Shown here one piece after another: positions 37,117-46,697 of a stretch of DNA of 64,000 nucleotides (its first letter is position 1; each line of letters starts with the position of its first letter). Made by a program: the position numbers and the translations under genes. The notes under the pieces were generated by a model. That model had not been told where the DNA came from and searched no databases. It worked only from the letters and a program-made list of their open reading frames with translations. Source of the stretch: Candidatus Babelota bacterium (GTDB lineage: Bacteria; Babelota; Babeliae; Babelales; Babelaceae); the NCBI GenBank assembly GCA_003165355.1, contig PLTG01000021.1, positions 334 through 64,333 of the forward strand. The letters run 5' to 3'.

Positions 37117-37643
37117 TGAGTAAGGATCAATACATGTCAGAAATTCAATTTGTCGATACTGTTGTCAGTGTTCGACGTGTTACAAAAGTAACTAAAGGTG
37201 GAAAAAGGTTTTCTTTTTCAGCATTTGTTGTTTCAGGAAATCAGCAAGGTGCAGTAGGTTGTGGCCAAGGTAAAGGTCGCGAAGTTTCAGCGGCTATATC
37301 TAAAGCTACAGCGCTTGCACGCAAGAACTTAATCGGCATTTCAGTTCGTGAAAACACATTGCCTTATGATGTTCAAGGACATCACGGCGCGACTAATGTT
37401 CTCTTGCGTTCTGCTTACAAAGGTACCGGTCTTATTGCTGGTAAATCTGTTCGTGCAGTTATGTTGGCATTAGGGATTAAAGACGTTCTTGCAAAAACGC
37501 TTGGACCTTCCCGCTCACCACAAAATGTGGTTAAAGCGACCTTAAATGCTCTTGCTAAATGCCGCAGTGCAGCTCATCTTGCAAAACTTCGTGGCAAATC
37601 AGTAAAAGAGATCACTAAAGGGGAAATAGCTCATGTTGCATAA
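37116..37643 (+). CDS. rpsE: 30S ribosomal protein S5
   Basis: RVTKVTKGGKRFSFSAFVVSGN and GTGLIAG. Confidence 0.97.
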   Translation: MSKDQYMSEIQFVDTVVSVRRVTKVTKGGKRFSFSAFVVSGNQQGAVGCGQGKGREVSAAISKATALARKNLIGISVRENTLPYDVQGHHGATNVLLRSAYKGTGLIAGKSVRAVMLALGIKDVLAKTLGPSRSPQNVVKATLNALAKCRSAAHLAKLRGKSVKEITKGEIAHVA

Positions 37644-38076
37644 TTTGCCTTCAGCAGGAAAAAATAGAAAACGTATCGGCCGTGGTGGAAGCCGCGGTGG
37701 AACATCTGGTCGTGGTAATAAAGGCCAAAAAGGACGTTCTGGCGCTAACTTAGGGATTTTGTTTGAAGGCGGTCAAATGCCATTAACTCGCCGTATTCCT
37801 AAGCGTGGATTCAACAATACTCGATTCCAGGAAGAGATCGAAATTGTTCAATTAGCCGATATACATGAAATATTTGAAAACGATGCAGTGGTTACCAGAG
37901 AATCTTTAATTGAAGCGGGTCTCATTAGAGGTCGTAAAGGTTCTTTAGTTAAAGTTTTATCATCAGGAACTGTTGATAAAAAGTTAACTTTGCATACCGA
38001 TTTTATTAGTAAATCAGCGCAAGGACAGATTGCACAGGCCGGTGGGTCAGTGCATATAAATCGTGCAGATAAATAA
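37633..38076 (+). CDS. rplO: 50S ribosomal protein L15
   Basis: GRGGSRGGTSGRGNKGQKGRSG. It overlaps the rpsE 3' end, leaving no room for rpmD. Confidence 0.96.
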   Translation: MLHNLPSAGKNRKRIGRGGSRGGTSGRGNKGQKGRSGANLGILFEGGQMPLTRRIPKRGFNNTRFQEEIEIVQLADIHEIFENDAVVTRESLIEAGLIRGRKGSLVKVLSSGTVDKKLTLHTDFISKSAQGQIAQAGGSVHINRADK

Positions 38077-38090
38077 GGAGAAGTAATACT

Positions 38091-39410
38091 GTGGTACTGT
38101 TTAATAATTTTTGGAACATTTTTAAAATTCCTGAGTTAAGTCGTAAATTGTTTTTTACATTGACGGTTCTCATCATTTATCGAATTGGTGTTTTTATACC
38201 AGTTTCTGGGATCAATATTGATTTGCTTGCAGAAACTATGAAATCATCATTCGTAGGTGGTTTTTTAAGTTATCTCAATACTTTCTCAGGAGGTGCATTA
38301 CAACAATGTGCGCTTTTTGCATTAGGTATTAGTCCTTACATCGTGGCCTCATTGGTCATGCAGTTTGCTTCCATGGCGATACCGCAATTGGAAGTGCTCT
38401 CCAAAGAGGGCGAGTACGGACGACGAATTATTAATCAGTATACGCGTTACTTAACTCTTATTCTGGCCATTGGTTATAGTTCAGGTTTGCTTACCTATCT
38501 CACAACATATGGCTTGGTTTTGACGCCGGGTATTCCTTTTAAACTGTTTTTCGTACTCTGTATTACAACTGGTGCCATGCTTGTTATGTGGCTTGGCGAA
38601 CAGATTTCGCTTTTTGGCTTGGGCAATGGCAGTTCGATGCTTATCTTTGCAGGGATTGTTTCTGCTTTTCCTATGGATCTCTATCGAACTGTTAGCCAAG
38701 TGCTTGAAGGAAACATGACTCTCATGGCAGCCCTGGGTATTCTCGCCTTCTTTATCGCGGTTGCTGCGGCAATTGTCTATTTAGAAAAGGGCGAGAGAAA
38801 GATACCGGTACATTATGCGCGACGTGTAGTCGGGCAACGTGTATATGGTGGGCAAAGTACCTATATTCCTTTTAAAATCAATAACGTCGGTGTTATGCCA
38901 GCTATCTTTGCGTCAACCATCTTAAGTATCCCTCAATTTATTTTTGGGCTTATTGGTAGTCGTTTGGGATGGGATGCGTTCACTTCATTAGCTACAGATC
39001 TTTCTCGTGGCGGGTTGATGTATAATATTTTGACCTTCTTATTAATTATTGTGTTTACGTTCGTGTATACTTCGATTATCTTCGATCCAAACGAACTTTC
39101 TCAAAATCTTAAGAAGAATGGTGGATTTATTCCTGGTATTCGTCCTGGTAAACAGACTGCTGATGAACTCGATAAGATTTTGACACGTTTAGGTCTTGTC
39201 GGGGCCATTTATCTGGCATGCTTAGCTCTTTTACCAAATATGCTTCCATTGGTGGTAGATATGCCTTTCATATTGGGTGGCACGTCACTTCTAATCGTTG
39301 TTGGTGTTGGTCTTGAGTTGAGTTCACAGTTAGAGGCATACCTACTGGAAAGTAATTATGCAGGATTTTTAACATCAGGCACTCGTATGAGATCTAGGGC
39401 AGCTCGGTGA
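38091..39410 (+). CDS. secY: preprotein translocase subunit SecY
   Basis: GTG start. 10-TM protein with FALGISPYIVASLVMQ and LGEQISLFGLGNGSSMLIFAGI. Confidence 0.97.
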   Translation: MVLFNNFWNIFKIPELSRKLFFTLTVLIIYRIGVFIPVSGINIDLLAETMKSSFVGGFLSYLNTFSGGALQQCALFALGISPYIVASLVMQFASMAIPQLEVLSKEGEYGRRIINQYTRYLTLILAIGYSSGLLTYLTTYGLVLTPGIPFKLFFVLCITTGAMLVMWLGEQISLFGLGNGSSMLIFAGIVSAFPMDLYRTVSQVLEGNMTLMAALGILAFFIAVAAAIVYLEKGERKIPVHYARRVVGQRVYGGQSTYIPFKINNVGVMPAIFASTILSIPQFIFGLIGSRLGWDAFTSLATDLSRGGLMYNILTFLLIIVFTFVYTSIIFDPNELSQNLKKNGGFIPGIRPGKQTADELDKILTRLGLVGAIYLACLALLPNMLPLVVDMPFILGGTSLLIVVGVGLELSSQLEAYLLESNYAGFLTSGTRMRSRAAR

Positions 39411-40090
39411 AATCTCTTAAAGATATTTACATTTTTATTGGACCCCCAGGTTCCGGAAAAGGTTCGCTTTCTCACTTATGTAAGAAAAGCTTTGGATGGG
39501 CTCATTTATCTACGGGCAATTTGTGTAGACAGCATATTGCTCGTATGACCGATATCGGTTTACAGATCGATCAAGCAATCAAATCGGGTAAGTTAATCAG
39601 CGATGATCTTATGATCGATATGGTTAATCAGTGGATCAAAGAGGTTGCTCTATCTTCGCAAGGGATCATTCTTGATGGATTTCCTCGTACCGTATCGCAA
39701 GCCAAAGCTTTAGACGATCTGTTCTCCCAAAAAGAATTTGTGGATGCATCAGTAACGATAGTCTCCATGAATATTAATGATGAACAGGTTATAAATCGTC
39801 TAAAAACGCGTCTGGTTTGTCAAAATGAAGCTTGCCAAGCTGTTTACTCTTTCTTGCCTTCACAGGTTAGTAAAGGACTTACTTGCCAAGAATGCAAAGA
39901 TGTACTGATACAGCGGGTTGATGATAATAGCGATGTTGTCTATGAGCGATTGAAGACCTATCATCATTATGCAGACGATCTTTTAGTCTATTACCGAAAT
40001 TCGGTATGCAAAGTAATTGATCTGAATGTTGAATTACCGCTCGATTATGTATTTAAAACATTTGTCGAGTCTACAGGAAAATCGACATGA
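39407..40090 (+). CDS. adk: adenylate kinase (Cys4 lid)
   Basis: P-loop GPPGSGKGS, DGFPRT, and lid CQNEAC...CQEC. Confidence 0.95.
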   Translation: MKSLKDIYIFIGPPGSGKGSLSHLCKKSFGWAHLSTGNLCRQHIARMTDIGLQIDQAIKSGKLISDDLMIDMVNQWIKEVALSSQGIILDGFPRTVSQAKALDDLFSQKEFVDASVTIVSMNINDEQVINRLKTRLVCQNEACQAVYSFLPSQVSKGLTCQECKDVLIQRVDDNSDVVYERLKTYHHYADDLLVYYRNSVCKVIDLNVELPLDYVFKTFVESTGKST

Positions 40091-40842
40091 TTATACGTAA
40101 AAATAATCATGCCCTCTCTATAATGAGAGAAGCGGGAAAAAGGCTTGCGCACGTTTTTGAAGAGATTCCTGCACTATTAAAGGCTAGAATCACCACCAGG
40201 GACCTTGATAGCTTTCTTGAACGCGCATTGAAAGAGGCTGGGTTACATTCAGAATGTAAAGGTTATGGCGTCCCTGCCTTTCCCGCAGTAAGTTGCATTT
40301 CGGTAAATGATGTAATCGTACATGGGATACCGAGTTCGCTGAGCTTAAACGAAGGCGATTTGGTGACGGTGGATATCTGTGCCTCTTACAATGGTTATTG
40401 TGCAGATATGGCCCGGTCCTACTTTGTTGGGAAACCAGTATCAGAAAAGGCCCTTGAGCTTGTGAGAGTTGCTTATGAGTCTCTAGATGCCGGTATTGAT
40501 ATGGCTAGAGCAGGAAAGCATATATCTGATATATCGTTTGCGGTTCAGAGTGTCGTTGAAAAGCATGGATTTGGAGTAATCCGAGATTTTGCAGGACATG
40601 GTATTGGCAAGAAGATGCATGAGGATCCTGAGATTCTTAATTATGGAAAACCAGGCAAAGGTCCCTTGATAGAAGCGGGAATGGCATTTGCCATAGAGCC
40701 TATGATCACTCAAGGTGACTACACAGTGAGAATGGATGCTGATAAATGGACTGCAAGGACAGCAGATGGCTCATTGGCAGCGCATGTTGAGGATACGGTT
40801 ATCGTGACTGACCATGGTCCTGAAATTACTACTAGATTATAA
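40087..40842 (+). CDS. map: type I methionine aminopeptidase
   Basis: M24A ligand blocks [30 protein letters not shown] and HVEDTV. Confidence 0.95.
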   Translation: MIIRKNNHALSIMREAGKRLAHVFEEIPALLKARITTRDLDSFLERALKEAGLHSECKGYGVPAFPAVSCISVNDVIVHGIPSSLSLNEGDLVTVDICASYNGYCADMARSYFVGKPVSEKALELVRVAYESLDAGIDMARAGKHISDISFAVQSVVEKHGFGVIRDFAGHGIGKKMHEDPEILNYGKPGKGPLIEAGMAFAIEPMITQGDYTVRMDADKWTARTADGSLAAHVEDTVIVTDHGPEITTRL

Positions 40843-40853
40843 GAGTTAAATTC

Positions 40854-41087
40854 ATGATGAAAAAAAAGCAAAAAGATGATATTATAGTTATAGATGGCAT
40901 AGTTCGCGATACATTGCCTAACGATACCTTCAGAGTTGAAGTAGAAGGTGGTCATATGGTTATAGGCCATGCATCGGGACGTATGCGTATGAATGGTATC
41001 CGAATGCTCCCTGGAGATAGGGTATCAATGGAATTATCCCCCTATGATCTTACTCGGGGTAGAATTGTTTTAAGATATAAGGCATAA
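40854..41087 (+). CDS. infA: translation initiation factor IF-1
   Basis: S1-like fold: [35 protein letters not shown]...[22 protein letters not shown]. Confidence 0.96.
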   Translation: MMKKKQKDDIIVIDGIVRDTLPNDTFRVEVEGGHMVIGHASGRMRMNGIRMLPGDRVSMELSPYDLTRGRIVLRYKA

Positions 41088-41122
41088 TAAGTAATTATTG
41101 CAGATTTATATAAGGGTTTTCT

Positions 41123-41239
41123 ATGAAAGTTCGAACATCAGTAAGCGCAATTTGTCGTGATTGCAGAACCATTCGCCGTGATGGAGTGGTTCGTGTTATT
41201 TGTAAAAAAAATCCTCGACACAAACAACGTCAAGGTTAG
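41123..41239 (+). CDS. rpmJ: 50S ribosomal protein L36
   Basis: 38-aa ORF below the track cutoff: [38 protein letters not shown]. Sits in the canonical position between infA and rpsM. Confidence 0.93.
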   Translation: MKVRTSVSAICRDCRTIRRDGVVRVICKKNPRHKQRQG

Positions 41240-41248
41240 AAGGACATT

Positions 41249-41638
41249 ATGGCTAGAATAGAAGGTGTGAATTTACCACGCGAGAAGAGAATTGAGTATG
41301 GGCTTACCTACTTATTCGGTGTTGGTTTAAAACGTTCACGTGACATTTTAAATAAATTACATATTAACTTTGATACACGCGTTAAAGATTTAACGGATCA
41401 AGATGTAGCAGCGCTTCAAAAAGAAGTTACGAGCAACTATATGGTCGAAGGTGACTTACGCAAAGAGATCAAAGCGGATATTAAACGACTCCAAGATATT
41501 GGTTCATATCGTGGAACGCGTCACAAAAGATCTCTTCCGGTACGTGGTCAAAGAACTAAAACTAATGCCCGTACACGTAAAGGTCCTCGTAAAGCAGGTT
41601 CAATTGTTGCACTTAAACGTAAAGTTACGAAAAAATAA
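41249..41638 (+). CDS. rpsM: 30S ribosomal protein S13
   Basis: [14 protein letters not shown] and [25 protein letters not shown]. Confidence 0.97.
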   Translation: MARIEGVNLPREKRIEYGLTYLFGVGLKRSRDILNKLHINFDTRVKDLTDQDVAALQKEVTSNYMVEGDLRKEIKADIKRLQDIGSYRGTRHKRSLPVRGQRTKTNARTRKGPRKAGSIVALKRKVTKK

Positions 41639-41654
41639 GTAACATAGGTATCAC

Positions 41655-42038
41655 ATGAGTTATAAGAAAAAAGCTAAAAAAAACAAACGAGTGGTTGATT
41701 CTGCAGTTGTGCATGTAAAATCTTCATTTAATAATACCCTTGTTACTGTTACTACAGTAGAAGGCGATGTATTGTTGCGCTCCAGCTCTGGAAAATTGGG
41801 TTACAAAGGTGCTCGTAAAGGTACGCCTTTTGTCGCTTCCCAGATTGGATCAACACTTGCTAAAGAGATGAGTGGTCTTGGCATTAGACAGCTTGAAGTG
41901 AATCTTCAAGGGCCGGGGTCAGGAAGAGATTCAGTTGTTCGCGCTCTGCAATCTTCAGGGTTTAATATTTCGGTATTACGCGATGTTACTCCACTTCCAC
42001 ACAACGGATGTCGTCGTCCTAAAAAACGACGTGTATAG
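41655..42038 (+). CDS. rpsK: 30S ribosomal protein S11
   Basis: VVHVKSSFNNTLVTVT and VTPLPHNGCRRPKKRR. Confidence 0.97.
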   Translation: MSYKKKAKKNKRVVDSAVVHVKSSFNNTLVTVTTVEGDVLLRSSSGKLGYKGARKGTPFVASQIGSTLAKEMSGLGIRQLEVNLQGPGSGRDSVVRALQSSGFNISVLRDVTPLPHNGCRRPKKRRV

Positions 42039-42071
42039 TTATTGTATAGAAATGAAAGTTTAAGCGTTTAT

Positions 42072-42638
42072 ATGGAAAAAAGATCACCACAAGCTAAATC
42101 AGACAGAGGACAAAAAACCTCTTCTGATACTGTTGTCAAAAAAGGTAAAAAAACTACCGAATATGGCAAGCAGCTTGAAGAAAAACAAAAAGTTAAAGAA
42201 ATGTATGGCATGCGTGAGCGTCAATTTAGAAAGTTCTACGCAATTGCCGCTTCTAGTAAAGAGGCTCCAGGACAATTGTTATTGAGCTTACTTGAAAGAC
42301 GTCTTGATAACGTAGTATACCGTTTGAAATTTGCGGCAACTCGTGCTCAAGCTCGTCAGATTGTTGTTCATGGACACATTTATGTAAATGGTAAAAAAGT
42401 TTACTCTCCATCATATTTTATTCAAATTAATGATGTGGTTTCCCTTTCTCCTGCCATTGAAAAACATCCTGTTTTCATGGAGACTGTTGTCGATAAGCGC
42501 CTCAATGCAGGGGTTAAAGTGCCAGATTGGTTAGAGCTTGATAAAAAAGCGCGCACAGGAAACGTATTACGTATGCCTGTTCGTACAGATATTCAGGTTC
42601 CAATTGAAGAGTATCTCATTGTTGAGTTGTACTCCTAA
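42072..42638 (+). CDS. rpsD: 30S ribosomal protein S4 (short, divergent N-terminus)
   Basis: YGKQLEEKQKVKEMYGMRERQFRKFY, LERRLDNVVYRL (S4 domain) and LIVELYS. The start is ambiguous (ATG 42072 or TTG 42042). The usual MARYxGP...RR N-terminal segment is not present. Confidence 0.93.
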   Translation: MEKRSPQAKSDRGQKTSSDTVVKKGKKTTEYGKQLEEKQKVKEMYGMRERQFRKFYAIAASSKEAPGQLLLSLLERRLDNVVYRLKFAATRAQARQIVVHGHIYVNGKKVYSPSYFIQINDVVSLSPAIEKHPVFMETVVDKRLNAGVKVPDWLELDKKARTGNVLRMPVRTDIQVPIEEYLIVELYS

Positions 42639-42671
42639 GTAATAGGTTAGTAAAGATATAGAGGGGTATAC

Positions 42672-43712
42672 ATGCAAAAAAGAGAATATCAATCACTTAC
42701 TATTCCGCAACTCGTGTGGAATAAACAGACGTTGTCAGCAACGTTTGGTGAGCTTGTAGTAGAGCCATTGGAGCCAGGTTTTGGCACAACCATGGGTAAT
42801 GCTATAAGACGTACCTTGCTTGGTGCTGTTGAAGGATCAGCCGTTACGTCAGTTATTATTAAGGGCGTAAACAATGAATTCTCATCAGTTTCTGGCGTCG
42901 TTGAAGATGTCGTTCAGATTGTTTTAAACTGCAAAGAAATTGTTATAAAAAATAAAACAGGTGAACCGGGAACGATGAGATTAAGCGTTTCAGGTGAGGC
43001 TGTTGCTCGTGTTGCTGACATTCAAGCAGATGATCATTTAGAACTTGTTAATAAAGATCATATTATTGCTCATGTTGCACAGGGCGGTCTATTAGACATA
43101 ACGTTTTTTGTTGAATCAGGACGAGGATATCAAGCGGCTCAGTGGCCAGCGGGTAAAGCGCTTCAAGAAGACAATAGAATCTATATTGACGCGATGTTTT
43201 CACCAGTTCGCAAAGTAAGTTACGATGTTGAAAAAACGCGTGTAGGCACCTCAATCGATTACGATAAGCTCCTATTACAAATTTCTACTGATGGCACAGA
43301 ATCTCCATTAGAAGTTGTTCGTTACGCGGTTTCTGTAGTTCGTTCACAGCTTGAGCATTTTTTAACAGCGCCTGAAATTCCTTTCAATGAAATTTCTCGC
43401 CCTGCGGTAGAAGGCAAGCCTGAATTGAAAGCTGAAACGCATGATGTTCGCTACAAAGGTGTTCCAGTAGATCTTCTGTTGAAACCAATCAATGCACTTG
43501 AGTTTTCTGTTCGTGCACATAACTGTCTCATTAATGCGGGAATTAAACGCATTATTGACTTAGTTAACTTAACAGAAGATGATGTTTTAAAAATTAAGAA
43601 TTTCGGCCGCAAATCTTATGACGAAGTCAAAGAGGGTATGAAATCATTTGGTCTTTCTTTTGGCATGAACGTCAAAGAGGCTGAATTAAGAAAATTGATC
43701 GATAAGGAATAG
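42672..43712 (+). CDS. rpoA: DNA-directed RNA polymerase alpha subunit
   Basis: N-terminal-domain motif GNAIRRTLL, C-terminal-domain motifs LEFSVRAHNCL and IKNFGRKSYDEV, plus operon position. Confidence 0.97.
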   Translation: MQKREYQSLTIPQLVWNKQTLSATFGELVVEPLEPGFGTTMGNAIRRTLLGAVEGSAVTSVIIKGVNNEFSSVSGVVEDVVQIVLNCKEIVIKNKTGEPGTMRLSVSGEAVARVADIQADDHLELVNKDHIIAHVAQGGLLDITFFVESGRGYQAAQWPAGKALQEDNRIYIDAMFSPVRKVSYDVEKTRVGTSIDYDKLLLQISTDGTESPLEVVRYAVSVVRSQLEHFLTAPEIPFNEISRPAVEGKPELKAETHDVRYKGVPVDLLLKPINALEFSVRAHNCLINAGIKRIIDLVNLTEDDVLKIKNFGRKSYDEVKEGMKSFGLSFGMNVKEAELRKLIDKE

Positions 43713-43714
43713 CC

Positions 43715-44074
43715 ATGAATCATCAAAATGGTAGAAAGAAATTAAATTTAAATCCCGATCATAAACGTTCTTTGCTCCGCAACCAGGCTATTATATTGAT
43801 CGAAAAAGGTCATTTAGTTTCGACCGTTGCCCGTGTTAAAGAAGTAAGACGTTTTGCTGAAAAATTGGTTACTCTTGCTCGCAATGGTAATGATTTTAAT
43901 GCTCGTCGTCGCGCTAAATCGTTGTTGCCTTACAAAGAAGATGCTTTAACAAAGCTTTTCTCTGATATTGCACCACGCTTTAAGCAACGTCCAGGTGGAT
44001 ATACTCGTATTATTCCACTTGCACGTCGTATCAGCGATACAGCTGCAGTTGCTCGCCTTGAATGGGTAGAGTAG
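43715..44074 (+). CDS. rplQ: 50S ribosomal protein L17
   Basis: RKLNLNPDHKRSLLRNQA and GGYTRIIPL. Confidence 0.96.
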   Translation: MNHQNGRKKLNLNPDHKRSLLRNQAIILIEKGHLVSTVARVKEVRRFAEKLVTLARNGNDFNARRRAKSLLPYKEDALTKLFSDIAPRFKQRPGGYTRIIPLARRISDTAAVARLEWVE

Positions 44075-44077
44075 TTC

Positions 44078-44305
44078 TTGGATAACTCTGCAGCTATTAA
44101 AGACCTGCTCGAGCTTGAGATTCGACCATTAATCCGACAAGATGGTGGTGATATTGAGTTTGTAGGCTTTGATAACGGTGTAGTTACCATAAAGTTTTCA
44201 GGGGCATGTGTATCATGCCCCTATTCTATTTTTACCCTTAAGATGGGTATCTTAGACCGCCTGGTCGATAAATTTCCTGACATCAAAGATGTAGTGTCAG
44301 AATAG
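44078..44305 (+). CDS. NifU-like (Nfu-type) Fe-S cluster domain protein
   Basis: TTG start. IRPLIRQDGGDIEFVGFDNGVVTIKFSGACVSCPYS matches the NifU C-terminal domain with CxxC. Confidence 0.85.
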   Translation: MDNSAAIKDLLELEIRPLIRQDGGDIEFVGFDNGVVTIKFSGACVSCPYSIFTLKMGILDRLVDKFPDIKDVVSE

Positions 44306-44306
44306 C

Positions 44307-44570
44307 TTATGCAGGCTGTATGTTTTTTATATCGATTGATACGCCAAATTCAGTTGTAGGTACTAACTTCGTTGCTAAAGCTAGTGGCCTTACCACTACT
44401 TCAGTTGTATTTGCCTTGATTTCTTCAAGGGTAGTATATTCTTTATTAGGGCGAAGACCTAGAGTAACTGCATTATTAGTTTCATTCGCAATGTTTACGG
44501 CTATATCTTTCGCTGCCTGAGCACTTGTTGAAACCAATAAAATTAAACCTAAAAATATCATTTTTTTCAT
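44307..44570 (-). CDS. small secreted hypothetical protein
   Basis: 87-aa ORF with leader MKKMIFLGLILLVSTSAQA. Confidence 0.55.
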   Translation of the reverse strand: MKKMIFLGLILLVSTSAQAAKDIAVNIANETNNAVTLGLRPNKEYTTLEEIKANTTEVVVRPLALATKLVPTTEFGVSIDIKNIQPA

Positions 44571-44789
44571 GATATATCCTTTTTTTATAGTTTGTTTATT
44601 TTAAAACTCGAAGATGCACATCGCACCTTCTTAATTCTGATAGTATCAAGCGCCCCCCCTCGAGTCAATAGATAATTCATACTAGGATTTTTACAATTTG
44701 CCCTTTTGCACATAAAAAGGGCATCTTGGACCAACTGGTCAGCTTGCCGGCATAGTTTGCCAATATTACTTCGTTACTTGCGTAGCTAT

Positions 44790-44884
44790 ACAAAGTACAG
44801 GTCAAAGCTTCAGCGTAGGGGAAAGGATGGATAGGCGAAGCCTGGGATAAATTTCCCGTCATCAAAGATGTTGTCGCCCTCTAA
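44790..44884 (+). pseudogene. decayed duplicate of the nfu 3' end
   Basis: 44846-44884 (gataaatttcccgtcatcaaagatgttgtc...taa, DKFPVIKDVV) mirrors nfu 44267-44305 (gataaatttcctgacatcaaagatgtagtg...tag, DKFPDIKDVV). Weaker similarity extends about 50 nt upstream. An in-frame TAG lies at 44816. Confidence 0.55.
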
Positions 44885-44976
44885 AGAATTCTTCTTTTTT
44901 TATATTTTTATTACAAAATGAAATAATTATCAATTACACTGGTAAGTAAGAAACATAAAGTTTTTGAAGGCAGTGT

Positions 44977-45603
44977 ATGAAAAAAGTATATCTTTTACCC
45001 TTTATATTCTTCGTTTTTAAAGTTTTTTCTATAAAAACCTCGAAAACTGTGATCTCAATGCCTCAAAAGACATTCTTGATGGGCGTTTCTAAAGACCCAC
45101 GGGTTAAGGCGTTCTTGGATCTTCTGGCCCATGGTGAAGGGACCTCTTACCACCCTGAGGTAAAAATGTTGCCTGATCAGTACCGCATAAGTTTCTGTAA
45201 CGATGGCAAGATCGCCTCATTTAAAGATCACCCTCGCAAAAAATGTTGCAATCGGGTTGGAGATCGCATTATTTGCGCTACTGCAGCCGGAAGGTATATG
45301 TTTTTGCAAAGAACCTGGGACTGGGTAAGGGAGAAGTTAGCGTTGAACGATTTTAGCCCTACCAACCAAGATTTAGCTGCTATTTATCTTCTGATGGAAT
45401 CCGGGGCGTTGGATGAGATTTTAAAAAATAACATAAAGGGAGCTATTGCCAAGGCAAGTAGGTTCTGGGCGCCTATGCCCGGGTCTTCATATAACCAGCC
45501 ACAAACCAAATTATCAGAGCTTTTAGGGATATATCAAAAAAGACTTACATTTTACCAGTCATTTGATGGCGTGTATAAAGATAAGAAGGGGGGAAATAGA
45601 TGA
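44977..45603 (+). CDS. lambda R-type lytic transglycosylase (GH104 lysozyme-like), membrane-anchored or secreted
   Basis: AFLDLLAHGEGTSY, DHPRKK, AAGRYMFLQRTWDW, LNDFSPTNQD and FWAPMPGSSYNQ align by eye with phage lambda endolysin R (AFLDMLAWSEGTDN, DHPRKL, GAGRYQLLSRWWDA, LKDFSPKSQD, IWASLPGAGYGQ). Hydrophobic N-terminus. Confidence 0.85.
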   Translation: MKKVYLLPFIFFVFKVFSIKTSKTVISMPQKTFLMGVSKDPRVKAFLDLLAHGEGTSYHPEVKMLPDQYRISFCNDGKIASFKDHPRKKCCNRVGDRIICATAAGRYMFLQRTWDWVREKLALNDFSPTNQDLAAIYLLMESGALDEILKNNIKGAIAKASRFWAPMPGSSYNQPQTKLSELLGIYQKRLTFYQSFDGVYKDKKGGNR

Positions 45604-46697
45604 TAAAAAAATTCACTGTTATGTTTTTAGCGATGTGCGCGATGATCTGCGTTCTATTTGCAGGGGTGTATCTCTATAAAAACATACGATCAATTTATAT
45701 GAGTGCCATCCCAGTCCAAGAGTGCAAGGATAAAGAGACATTCGATTTGAAAAAACAGTCTAAAGTTAAGAAATATCATAATAATGGCAAAATCGAGCAT
45801 ATTATCTTTTCTGTTCCCGAAGAACGCGGATCTCAAAAAAATATCCTGCGAAAAGGTATTTTAGTTACTCGTGCCCATGCGCGGGCCACCATCGTTATAT
45901 GCCATGGGTTTATGTGTAACAAAAATGATGTTAGCTTTCTGCGGAGCATATTTTACGATTATAATGTCATGGTCTTCGATTTCCGTGCGCATGGTGAAAA
46001 TAGTGAAAATCAATGCAGCTCTTTTGGCTTTAATGAAGTGCTCGATCTGGAAGGTGCCGTTGCCTTTATAAAAAGCAAGCCTGGGCTGGCAGCACTACCG
46101 TTAATAGGCTACGGCTTTTCAATGGGTGCCGTCACGGCTATTCTTGCGCAAGCACAGCATCCAGACATGTTCTCGGCCCTCGTTCTCGATTGCCCGTTCG
46201 ATTCCACTGAAATGGTAATTCATCGCCTTATAGAGCGGCTCACATTCACCGTGGGCGGCTATACCTACGGGCTTCCCGGGCGCAATCTTTTGAAAAAATA
46301 TGCGTATAACCACTCAGTTCAAGCGATGATCAAATATGCGCTCAGAGCAGTTGCCCATATCGGAACGCATGATATACAGTTATGCATTATTCCATCTGAT
46401 ACCGTTAATGAGATAAAAAAAGTTACCGTACCCTGCTTTTTTATCACCTGTAAAAATGATGATAAAGCGCCGGTTGATGCCGCGCGTGCTATCTATGCTA
46501 ACAAGCCTGGGTACAAACGGCTGTGGCTCACCAACGGGCGGTTACACTTTGATTCATTCTTTTACAATCCTGAAAAATATACTCATAAAGTGCGTTCATT
46601 TATCAAAAAATTTCTTGACGGTGAACTGAAAAATAAAACGGAATCAAAGATTGTTGAAGATATTGACGATCCATTCGTTCATAAGGAGGTTTCATGA
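45600..46697 (+). CDS. alpha/beta-fold hydrolase with N-terminal TM anchor
   Basis: Nucleophile elbow GYGFSMGA, an HG oxyanion-type motif (ICHGFM), and a late D...H pattern. The start overlaps the upstream stop (ATGA). Confidence 0.75.
   Translation: MIKKFTVMFLAMCAMICVLFAGVYLYKNIRSIYMSAIPVQECKDKETFDLKKQSKVKKYHNNGKIEHIIFSVPEERGSQKNILRKGILVTRAHARATIVICHGFMCNKNDVSFLRSIFYDYNVMVFDFRAHGENSENQCSSFGFNEVLDLEGAVAFIKSKPGLAALPLIGYGFSMGAVTAILAQAQHPDMFSALVLDCPFDSTEMVIHRLIERLTFTVGGYTYGLPGRNLLKKYAYNHSVQAMIKYALRAVAHIGTHDIQLCIIPSDTVNEIKKVTVPCFFITCKNDDKAPVDAARAIYANKPGYKRLWLTNGRLHFDSFFYNPEKYTHKVRSFIKKFLDGELKNKTESKIVEDIDDPFVHKEVS

Noticed and set aside
44677-44865. 62-aa ORF (-) between the small secreted-protein gene and the lysozyme-like gene.
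   Set aside because: It overlaps the decayed nfu 3' remnant on the opposite strand. It has no leader and no ribosome-binding site, so the region is better explained as pseudogene or non-coding DNA.
44977-45603. Prophage or phage remnant, inferred from the lambda-R-like lysozyme.
   Set aside because: No other phage-type gene (holin, spanin, terminase, capsid, integrase, repressor) and no att-like repeats lie within at least 10 kb on either side. The gene has a hydrophobic N-terminus and is translationally coupled to cellular-type envelope proteins.
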